NCBI GenBank assembly: GCA_028534125.1
Contig: CM052816.1
Coordinates: forward strand, 48,920,001-48,984,000
DNA length: 64,000 nt
From: Lama glama
Taxonomy: Eukaryota
Direction of reading: 5' to 3'
Shown here in pieces: positions 53,510-64,000 of this stretch. The notes under the pieces are model-generated. The model ran no database searches, had not been told where the DNA came from, and saw only the letters and a program-made list of their open reading frames with translations. Within the stretch, counting starts at the first letter, position 1; each line of letters opens with the position of its first letter. A program made the position numbers and the translations under genes.

Positions 53510-55850
53510 CAATCAGTAAAAAAAATAAACCAGAATATTAAGAAATTATAACCTTGAAGAAAATCAGATAATAGAAACAGACCGAGGGATGATCAAGTTA
53601 TTACTATTCCCAAATATAGACTTTGAGTTAACTATGATTAACATGTCTAAGAAAATAGAGAACAAGCGTAACTTTGCCACAGGACAGTAAATGATGAAAA
53701 AAATCAACTGGAAATTTTATTTCTGACAAATGCAGTAACTGAAATTAAGAAATCAATATATTGTTAAGCTAAACTGGACAGAAGGGAAGATTCATGGAGC
53801 AGAAAATACTCAAGCTGAAGCACTTCAGTGAAAGTCATGGCAAATGCAGAAGGGAAGAAAAGAGAAGGAAACCAGGATGGAAATAATATCCAAGGACTTA
53901 ATAGCTGAGAATTTCCTTTTACTGACAGAAAATGTCTATTTACATATTCCTAAAGCATTATGGAACCCAAGAGGATAAATGCAAGGAAAGACACATTTAG
54001 ACATGCTGGAAACCAAAGAAAAAGAATAAGAAAATCACAAGCAGCCATACCAAAGAGACAACTTTCAAAGGAGTAAAAATAGTGTGGACAACGGATTCCT
54101 CACTATAAACAGTGAGACATAGAATAAAGTTGGATAACTACTGATGAATAATTTGTAAAGCTACAGCAAGTAACAGTACATAAAGATGCAGTAATAGATA
54201 AATAAACCAAGGAACAGACTAGTTATGTAAGAAAGACCTATATAATTGCTTGATTTATGACAAAAGTATCATCACTGCATACTTGGGGAGAATAATTTTT
54301 CCAATAAATGGAGTAAATTAAGTATCCTTATGGAAATTTGAAAGAATAAATAAAATACCACAGATGAATTGCATGTCAAAATGTGAAATACGAAACTATA
54401 AAGTGTCCAGAAGAAAATGTAGGAGAATGTCTTCATAAGGGATATTCAAACATTTCTTTAAAAACATAGGAACTTCAGAAAGTTAATAAGTTATTCTATA
54501 TTTATATTAAAAACTTCTGGTTTGTCAAATGACACTGCTGTGAATGAAAAACATATCTCTAAGTTAGAGAAGATACTTGTATGTACCCCAAATAACTTAC
54601 ATTCAGATTTACAATAAATGAATAAAAGTTCAGAAAAAAATGACAAAAATTTAGTAAGTATGTCTCTCTCACACACACACACAAGGATATCTATGCCTGT
54701 GTCTCTGTCTCTACATCAATATCTTCATCAGGGAAGTGCAAATAAAATGATGATGAGATATGGTTATTCACACAAAAAGTGGCCCTTGTGGTCTGAGTGT
54801 TTTGTGTTTCCCTCCAGATTCATAGGTTGAAATCCAAACCTTCAAAGATGATAACATTGGTAGGTAGGGCCTTTGGGAGGTGATTTGGTCACTGAAATGG
54901 AGCCATCATGAATGGGAATAATACTCCTGTAAAAGATCTCACAGAGCTCCCTAGCCTCTTATACCAGGTAAGGACACAATGAGAAGGGTGCTTGCAATGA
55001 GCCAGGAAAAGGTCCCTTGCCTGACCATACTGGTGCTTTGATCTTGGACTTCCCAGACTCTAGAACTGTGAGCAATAAATTTCTGTTGTTTATAAGCTAT
55101 TCAGTCTGTGGTACTTTGTTCTAGCAGCTCGAACAGACTAAGACAATGGCTGAAATAAAAAAAAGTATTGCTTGGGATATTGAGGAACTGAATCTCTCAT
55201 ACACTGTTTTCATGAGGTTAAATTGGTAAGATTACTTTGGAAAATATTTGCTAATATCAACCAAAGCTGAGTAAGCTCATATCCTATGACCTAGCAGTTC
55301 AACTTAGAGGCATGTACCTAACAGAATGTGTGCATATGTTTACCAAAAGGCATGTGTAAGCATATTAATAGCATTATTCTTTGTAGCCTCAAACCAGATA
55401 TAACTTAAATATCAATCGATATAAGAAAAGGTAAATTGTGATAGGTTCATTCAGAGGATTAATTGTCATACAACACTGGGAATGAGCATTCCTTTCACGC
55501 ATTACCACATAGATCTCAGAAACATGATAAGTGAAAGAAACCAGGCATAAAAGAGTGAATTCTTTATATTCCATTATGTAAATTTCAAAAATTGTCACAA
55601 CATACTTAAGGTTATCGAACTTGGAATAGTAGTTTCTCTTGGGGAACTGTAGTGAGTGAAAACAGATTCAAGGAGAAGTTATGGTGATTTTCTATCCTAC
55701 CAAGTACTGGTTTTGTCACTGTTAATTTTGTAAAAATTCATTGATCAGTACACTTATTATTTGTGTGTATATTTATACCTTAAATACTTATATATATATG
55801 TATATTTAGTTTTTACATTTAAAATTTTTAAATTAAAAATAAAGGTGGGA
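53510..55850 (+). mobile_element. Ancient L1 (ORF1, ORF2 and 3' fragments) interrupted by an MLT1A-like LTR
   Basis: aatagctgagaatttcc ORF1 motif; ttgatttatgacaaaag; L1ME-type 3' end. Confidence 0.65.
54787..55145 (+). mobile_element. MaLR solo LTR, MLT1A-like
   Basis: gggcctttgggaggtgatt...gatcttggacttcccagactctagaactgtgagcaataaatttctgttgtttataagc...gactaagaca. Confidence 0.85.
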
Positions 55851-55949
55851 CATAGGAAACTGTGATACAGCGCTTAGGGAGTTATATTTTTAATACATAT
55901 TAAAAAGAATTGTTAACAATAGACCATAGTAACAAAATGGAAAAGCAAA

Positions 55950-56980
55950 GTCCATTTCAATGTTCAACGTAAGGTAAATTTTTTAAAAGTTAATTTTGCC
56001 TTGCAGCTTAAAATATTAGAAGAATAAAAGATGCTAGGACATTAAAACACTTATTATAACTATATTGCACAGGTACATAGAAGAAGAAATAAGAATTTAG
56101 GGATGTGGAAGATATTTTAAAAAAAGATAAAAATCTGTCTTATAAGGAAGGAAACAACAATGTCTGAGATGATGAATGCTGTAGATAACATTAACAGCAG
56201 ATTAAATATTGTCAACCAAAGGAGTAGTGAAAAATGAAGATATGGGAATGGAAATTACTCTAAAGGAAACACAAGAGAAAAATGATTGGAAAATACATGA
56301 ACAGAGCATAAGTGAGGTGTGAACAACTCCAAGAAACATAATGTTATTGGAGTTCCCAAAATAGAAGATAAAAACTATTTGAAGAAATAATGATTTAGCA
56401 TTTCCCATATTTGGTAAAACCTATAAACCTGCAGATACAAGCAGTTTACTAGACTCTAACTGTAAGAAATACAAATAAATGTCCATCTCGCCAAATCAGT
56501 TTACTTAAAATTATTAACAACGAGAAAATCTTAAAATCAGCCTAAAAAAGATGTTATGTACAGAAAAGCAAAGATGAGAAGAACAGTAATTTCTGTGGGC
56601 AGAAATACCCCAAACCAGAAGATAGTGATTTCTTTAAAAAGTAAAAAGAAAAGAAAAAAAATCAAAACAAAAAAGAATATTATCTTAGAAATCTATATCT
56701 AGCAAAAATATCTTTCAAAAATGAAGATTAAATGAAGATTTTTCAGACACAGAAGCTGAGAAAATTCATCAGCAGCAATACTCACACTGTGAGAAATGTT
56801 AGCAAGAAATCCATAGGGCAAAAGGGAAATGATACCCACTGGCAATATGTATTGGCACAAATAAATTGAGAGCTTCAGAATTGAGAACTGCGTAGGTATA
56901 TAGAAGTGATTTTTTAAAATTGTTTATATCTCCTTGATAATAATAGACAAAGCATCTGTAACATATGTATAAATAAAATA
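55950..56980 (+). mobile_element. Ancient L1 ORF1 fragment
   Basis: ttggagttcccaaa...gaagaaataatg...tatatctagcaaaaatatctttcaaaaatgaag (LYPAKISFKNE-like). Confidence 0.7.
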
Positions 56981-56984
56981 CATT

Positions 56985-57835
56985 GTCCTTTCCCCATTGT
57001 ATATTCTTGACTCCTTTGTCATAAGTTAATTGACCATGTATGAGTGGGTTTATTTCTGGACTTTCTATGATGTTTCATTGATCTGTGTATCTGTGTTTAT
57101 GTCAATACCACACTGTTTTTTATTAAGATAGTTTTGTAATACAGCTTGTAATCAGGGAATATTATGACTCCACTTTTGTTCCTTTTAAGATTGTTTTGAT
57201 TATTTGGGGTCTTTTGTGGTTCCCTACAAATATTAGGGTTGTTTGTTCTATTTCTGTGGAAAATGCCGCTGGAATTTTAATAGGGGTTGCTTCATATGAT
57301 TATTTTAAGAATATTAATTCTTCCAATCATGAGCTTGCACTATCTTTCCATTTATTTGTTTCTCCATCAGTTTCTTTCCCCAATGTTTTGTAGTTTTCAG
57401 TGTATAGATCTTTTATCTTCTTGGGTAATTTTTTTCCTAAATATTTTATTCTTTTTGATGGAATCATAAATTGTCTTGTTTTCTTAATTTATCTTTCTAA
57501 TGTTTTGCTATTAATGTATAAAACCACAACAGGTTTTTTTTTTGTATATTGGTTTTGAATCCTGCAAGTTTACTGAACTAATGTATTAGTTCTAACTGTT
57601 TTTTGGTGAATTCTTTAGAGTTTTCTATATATGATATCATGTCATCTGAAAATAGTGACTGTTTTACTTCTTCCTTTCCAGTTTTTAATTTCTTTTTCTT
57701 GCCTAATTGTGCTGGCTAGATCTTCTGATACTATGTTGAATAAAAGTGGAGAGAGTGGGCATCCTTGTCTTGTTCCTTATCTTAGAAGAAAAGCTTTTAT
57801 ATCTTTACCATTGACTATGGTGTTAGCTGTGGGGC
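56985..57835 (-). mobile_element. L1 ORF2 RT fragment, antisense, followed by a short + strand L1 piece to ~57940
   Basis: ORF 57631..57849 is the antisense reading of RT ([15 protein letters not shown]). Confidence 0.9.
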
Positions 57836-57949
57836 TAAAAAAATTGTAAATAAATAGAAAATCCCAACATATCAAAATTTGTGGAATGATGCTAAACCAG
57901 TGTATAAAGGGAAATATATAGCATTTTGGTATTTCTCTTAGACATCTGT

Positions 57950-59300
57950 AAGTAAATGTTTAAAAGGTGATTTGATGTAGGAATCTAGAGTTATGTTAAA
58001 AAGTCAGAACTGTAGACAACCACTCAGGAAATATAGGACCAGTTTAGTTATCTAAATTTATTGGACTTGATGAGATGACTTAGAAAGCTTAGAAGTGAGA
58101 GGAAAAGAGGATCTTGTCCCCAATATTTAGAAAATGGGTGAATGAGAATATTTTATAAAGAAAGAAGTCTGAGAATAAGCAGATGCTAAATTAGAAAGCA
58201 GATAAGGAGAGTGTTGTTCCTCAGAATTGAGAGAGGATGTATTTCATGCAGGTTGTGGAAGAACAGCCACTAAAACTTCAGGTAAAATAAGGGAAAAGAG
58301 AATGGCCGGGACCTGTGGCTACAAAAAGATTGTTGAAGACAATGATGTAACAGTTTTGATGAAGGATCTGGGGATGAGGTTGACATTAAGTTGGGTTCTA
58401 GAGTAAATGGTTACTGATGAAATACAAGCATCACTCTTACAGTTTGAATGGAGGTTTACCATTGATACTACAAAAGCAAAACAGATCAGTAGCTTGATGG
58501 ACAAAGGATCTCAGAAGGATTTAGATTTTGTGTTCCTATTATAAATTGTGGTTGTTCCTGTTATATGGTTTTATACTTTCAAGTATATCTGAGAGAGAAG
58601 GTAAGAAATAATTTGCTTAGGGAGAGGAAAAGTGAATTCCTAGGTTACCCAGTTTTGATGTGTGGTGTCTGCTTTAAAGTAAAACAATCTGAGTTCTTTT
58701 TTTTTTTTTTTTAACTTTCTGCAGTGGATTCTTGTACTCAGGCCTAAAGAGGAAATAGTCAGTTTTAACCAGTTTTAAAATGTTTCCAGACATCCAATAG
58801 AGCTAAGAATGTTTCCACAGAGGAGATGAGTATATGAATATACTATGAAATTATAGTTGTTAGTATAACAGGGAAGACATGAGGAAAGTTGGTGGTTACA
58901 GGAGAAAGTTGGGGAATCAGTGAATAGGAAGTCTTAACTTTGGTGAAGCAGTTTTGGAGGTCAGAGCCTAGAACAGAAGGAGGAAGGACCGAATGGTTGT
59001 AAGATAATGAGAAAATGGATTTGAGATTTAAAAGGTAAAGAAAAAGTATAGTTATGTCCCAAAATGAGTGGAATACTGAAGGAAGGAGCAGTTGAGTAAG
59101 TGAAAAAATGTGAATTTTGTGGGATAAACCATCCACGTGGGTATTGAAATTCCAGAGAATGACAGAAATGTGTAAAGGAAAACAGCCTCTGTGGATGAAG
59201 TCATAAGTAAACTTTTTGTTGATAAATCCAGATGATCCTAATAGATGAGATACAAAGAGAGAGTAGCATGGAAGTGATTACCTGGGAGCCGTGTCTAGCG
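57950..59300 (-). mobile_element. Degraded L2
   Basis: Purine-rich antisense-L2-like wording; boundaries vague. Confidence 0.45.
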
Positions 59301-59983
59301 ATGGTAGGTGCTCTCACATTATGATCATACTCTTGGTCTATTTTACTCTGAGCTTGTACCAGTATTTTAACTTTAAAAAAAAAATTCTAGGCCCTTTTGA
59401 TTTTTTTTTTCTGTGACAACTCAGTAACTTTGCTTCATTTCTAATACCTAGTTCCTGCCTTCTTCTCTTTTCCTACCTAGGTCCTAGGAAAGGTGTGTGT
59501 GTGTGTGTGGTGTTAATTCATGCAACATACATTTATTTAGTACTTACTATTTGTCAGCTATATGATACTAGGTTTGGGTTACTACCAACTATGATTTGGA
59601 CACTTAGCAAAAAGTTCTTGCCCTTTAGCACTTAAAATGCGGTTATCACATGTATCAGTGACCTTTTTAGAAAGTGATTTGAGTATTGAATTATAAGTCT
59701 TCCTCAGTTCTATTGCCATGCCAGACTCTTACGAATATGTAAAAACTTTAGAAAGATTAGGTGACAAAATAGGAAGCACAATACTTGTGTGTTTTTCACG
59801 TACAATAAAAGCCCCAACAGTTAACAACACTCATTTCAAACACTGAAAGTAGAATCTATTGATTTGCTCACTTTTTTTTACATTTACCATATTTGTTCCA
59901 GTATATATCAGGTTGGTGCAATTATTGCTTTGTTGGATTTTTTAAATCAAATTCCACAATAATTGCTTAATGTCTTTCCATAG

Positions 59984-60109
59984 AGCTCATTTTGGGTTAT
60001 TAGGGAAATGCCATTTAGTGAAAGATAGCAAACAGTTTGAAGTTTTATGATACATCCACATTGTACAGAGAGCAGGCCTTTAACATCTCCAGAAAGAAAA
60101 AGAATGAAG
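59984..60109 (+). pseudogene. Candidate fossil exon (126 nt): AHFGLLGKCHLVKDSKQFEVL*YIHIVQRAGL*HLQKEKE*
   Basis: tgtctttccatag acceptor, AG|gtttac donor; phase-2 reading is compatible with the 53425 donor, but an alternative frame is also plausible. Confidence 0.35.
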
Positions 60110-61699
60110 GTTTACACTTTGAAGTTAAAAAAAAAATGAGTGGAAGTGACAAATACCTTAGGCAAAATGTTGCCATTGACTTGTGTATAGATTGTCTTTT
60201 AATATAGTAAATAAATTTTAAAAGATAGAGATGCTTTGTTTTAGATTAAACATTTAATAATTTTTAAATTTCTCAAAATCTTATATTTTCACCGATACTT
60301 AGTGTATGTTATTTACCAAATATTGTATGAAGTGTGATTTTTTTCTTCCAAATCTTACTTGTAAAAATAACGGTGGATTTCTGCTAATAAATTCAACAAA
60401 CATTAATATTTTACATGCCTTTGAAGTGTGGTGACTTAATATTTGAATACTTGATACCTTGTTTTAATATGTTTAATTGATACAGTGGTGATGAGTATTA
60501 ATGTTAGTGCAGTCATATACTTGTAATGTCTGGAAATGTGTAGTTGTAGTGTGTGGAAAAAATAATTTGTTAGTGTTTGTCAGCTTGCAGTAATTTAGTG
60601 TGAGAGCTTATAAATATAAATAAATGATATAAACCCCCCTAGAACACTGAAAATGAACAATGAAGAGATAGCCCAGGATACCAATCATTGCAATAGTTGG
60701 TAACAGTAAAATAGGGTGAAATTAAACTTAGTAACTTTCAGGGTAAATGTTAATGGTAAATTTATAAGAGAAAAGGCTATCAATTTGTAAAACAGCAGGA
60801 TCATGTTTTGGAATTAATGAATAAATTGTGATATATTTATACAAGGAAAACTACTTCAAGAAAACTAAAATAAGTATTACTGCAAACAAAAGAAAAACTG
60901 GTGATTCTCACAAAGAAATAAGCAAACAAGCACTCAACAAAACACAAAAGAGCACATGAAAACAAGCAAAACTTCAGAAGCTTGTATAACTGGTCATTGA
61001 AGAATGGAGAGAATTTTTTTAACCCAATTCTGATTGCATAAAATCATGCATGTATCTTATATTTGCATATACACACTCATACACATGCATATATTCTTAC
61101 ACATACAACACTTTACATTGATTTAAGAAATAAGTTTGGTGCTTGGAGAATATTTTTCTTCGATTTAGCACTTTAATGATTAAATTATAATGATGAAAAT
61201 ATGAATCTTTAAAATAATTTTTACTTTCAAGAAATTTAATGTCTTCAAATATTAAAAGTAAAGAGAACTACACTGACCTTGATTTTCCAATTTCTTCAAC
61301 CTCAGAAATATATTCAAAATAATAAAACATTATTATAGCCTGTTTCATGTAAGTTTTAATGTTCACTATTTTATAACCAGAGTAGAAAGTTATCAAGGAT
61401 TTATACTCTTTTACTACAAAAGCTGTAAGAATTATGTACTGAGTGATCAGAAATAAATGCACAAGGAATTAAAAATATACTAACAAATTTGTTTTGTTGA
61501 AATATATTTTTTAGAATTACTGATATTGTTTGATGTGTAGCATATTTCTCAAGTACTGTGTATGTGTGCATGTGTATGTGGGATGTGGGAGGGTTTTAAG
61601 GGTGTTATAAATAGAATCCAATGTGATGTGATAAGTATTGTAACTTTGTAGTTTTTATAAAGTTTGATATAAGCTTTTATTGGTCAGTAAAATAATACA

Positions 61700-62478
61700 T
61701 AAAAAATTAAAGAATAATTTTAAACTAACATCAAGAATACAATATCCTGTAACTAACCACTTTAGAATTATCTGATGGAACAATATGTTTATACACAGAA
61801 AGAAAAAATTATGATTTTGAAAAGAATTGAGTACATGTAAACATAATTCTGTTTCTTTAACAGTAAATATGTTAATGACATATTACCTACACATAGAAAA
61901 TCCATGTGTATTTTCCCATGAATTTTAGCAAAATGAATATAGTGTGTAGTCATTATACATATAAAGACAGAAAAACAGGAGATATCCTCAGAAGCTTCCC
62001 TCCTGATCCTCCTGGTCACTGTAATACTTTTAAGAATAATCACTCCTCTGGTTTCTAATAAGATGGTCTTGTCTATTTGGGAAGTTGGTATCCATAGAGT
62101 CATGTCTTTTGTGAATTGCTTTGTGCGCTTCTTATATTATTTGTGAGGTTTTATGTGTAGGTAAAGTTGATTTGGTCTTGTTCCTGAAGAGTACTCCTTT
62201 GTATGAATATAGCACAGTACTGTATGGCAAATTGTCAATTCTACAAATGAGAAATATGTCAATATTGTTGGGCATTTGGTTGTTCCCATTTTTATCTATT
62301 AAAACCCTGTGCATTTATTTTGGTGAATATTTGCATAAATTTCTGTTGGATATTTAACTAAGAGTAGAATGGCTAAGTCACACACACACACACACACACA
62401 CACGCACGCACACACACACACATATATACTGACAAGATAGTTTTCCAAAGAGGTTGTGGCATTTTACAAATGAACAGT

Positions 62479-62516
<38 letters not shown>

Positions 62517-63703
62517 TGACAAGATAGTTTTCCAAAGAGGTTGTGGCATTTTACAAATGAACAGTGTATGAGTTCCAAATGCTACATATTCGCACCAGAG
62601 TTTGGTATTGTCTTTTTCACTTTATCCATTCACATGAATCTGTAGTGGTATAGTATTTTGGTTTTAACTGAAATTTTTCTGATGACTAATAAAGGTGAGT
62701 GTCCTGTCACACACCTCTTAGACATTTGGAGACTTACTTTGCGTAGTGCTGTTCAAGTTTTGCCTTTTATAAAACTCTCTACAGAGTGTGTGTGAACTTG
62801 TTTTTGTTATTTTTTCCTCTTAAATATTGGAAATATATCATTTTGGGGGACCAATTAGGCCTGATTTTGGGGGGATGAGTAACTCAGTAAATTTGGTTAC
62901 CAAAGGTATAGGAGTATTCAGATTTTTTTATTTGATTTTGTATCAGTGTTCTTTATTTCATAACGGTAGAAAATAAAACAATAATCTGATTCTCTCAACA
63001 CTTGCTTTACTGTTGCCATGTATTTCAATTACAAGTAAAACACCACAGGTCAACATTTATTTATACTTTCACATTACTCTTTATTTCTATCTGGATTCTC
63101 ATGGTTTCATTCAGGAATACTTTTTTTCTACCTGTAGTTCTTTTGGCAACCAGATCTCCAGTTTTTATCTGATTTTGATTTCAATTTCATTCAGATTTTT
63201 TAAATAATTCACTTTTCAAAAAAAATTACAGCTGCCATTTATTTTCTTTCAGTACTTAAGCATGTCAGCATGTCAGTTACTTGGCTTTTGATTTCCGTTA
63301 TTTCTATTAAAAAGTCAGTTACCAGTATTAAACTTCTTCCTTTGAGGATAATATGCCTTTTTTTCTCTATCTGCTTTTAAGGTTTTTCTCTACGGATATA
63401 ATATTCATCGTCATGTTTTGGAAATGTCTCAGACATTTTTTGTGCTTTTTTACTTCTTTTGAAATTTTCTTTTTTATACTGTGTTGTAACTTATGTATAG
63501 TGAATTTCACAAATCTTACATGAACATTTGGATCAATTTTGATAAATATTTTCATGTGGAGACTTCCCAATCAATGTACAGAATAGTTCCATCAGTTTAA
63601 GCAGTTTCCTTATGTTCCTTTCCACTTCAGTTCTCCATCCAAAGAACAACCAGTTTTATTGTGCTTATTTCCACAACCATAGTTTTGCTGTGTATGTGTT
63701 ATT

Positions 63704-63748
<45 letters not shown>

Positions 63749-64000
63749 TAATCAATATGTTAATTTTTATCTGGCTTTTTTGTTTTAACATATTGCTGGG
63801 TCGTCTATATTATTGTTTGTATCAGTGGTCCCTTCATTTTACTGAAATGTGGTATTCAATTGTATGACTATAGCGCAATCTGATTTTTTATTCTTTTGAC
63901 TAGTATTTTGTTTGTTTTCAGTTGTTGACTAATATGAATATTTTTATACATACCTTTATGTGATGTGTGATTTTATTTTTCTCAGATAAGGTTCTATGAT
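61700..64000 (-). mobile_element. Ancient L1ME-like fragments with (CA)n and (TA)n microsatellites
   Basis: gtagtggtatagtattttggttttaactgaaatttttctgatgactaat; (TA)n at ~63707-63745. Confidence 0.6.
62379..62568. repeat. Tandem duplication of (CA)n plus a 56-nt segment
   Basis: 62426-62481 is identical to 62513-62568, each preceded by a CA tract. Confidence 0.95.

Larger units (their letters stand above)
2507..60109 (+). pseudogene. Candidate decayed multi-exon unitary pseudogene of unidentified family (overall span; may extend beyond the window)
   Basis: Series of non-repeat segments flanked by pyrimidine tract+AG and GT donors, all on +. Phase-compatible joins: 7842->9415, 11074->14614->14792, 30625->31266, 49433->49546, 53425->59984. 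Frames carry in-frame stops and some acceptors look mutated (AG->AA). Read by eye, no homology search. Confidence 0.55.

Noticed and set aside
58530..58790. Strong donor (AAG|gtaaga) and acceptor (tttctgcag) signals
   Set aside because: Embedded in probable L2 sequence; no coherent frame.

Overview
AT-rich, repeat-dense mammalian DNA with two assembly gaps (8121-8620, 24325-24424). The L1 3' UTR style and the absence of recognisable Bov-A/BovB/CHR/PRE1/Alu/B1 SINEs suggest a cetartiodactyl, plausibly a camelid (inference). I see no intact protein-coding gene; the listed ORFs are mostly L1/ERV/Tigger debris, microsatellites or N-runs. Much of the window is LINE-1 of several ages, plus MaLR/ERVL LTRs, a decayed two-LTR ERV1 provirus with a nested solo LTR, a young betaretrovirus-like LTR with a perfect 6-bp TSD, and a MER82/Tigger element. 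The main signal lies between the repeats: a chain of + strand exon-like segments from about 2.5 kb to 60.1 kb with AG/GT sites, several phase-compatible junctions and protein-like frames broken by stops. This suggests a fossil multi-exon (unitary pseudo)gene that I cannot name. One of its exons appears split by a 5-kb L1 insertion. Repeat subfamily names are from memory of consensus sequences and boundaries are approximate unless a TSD is given.
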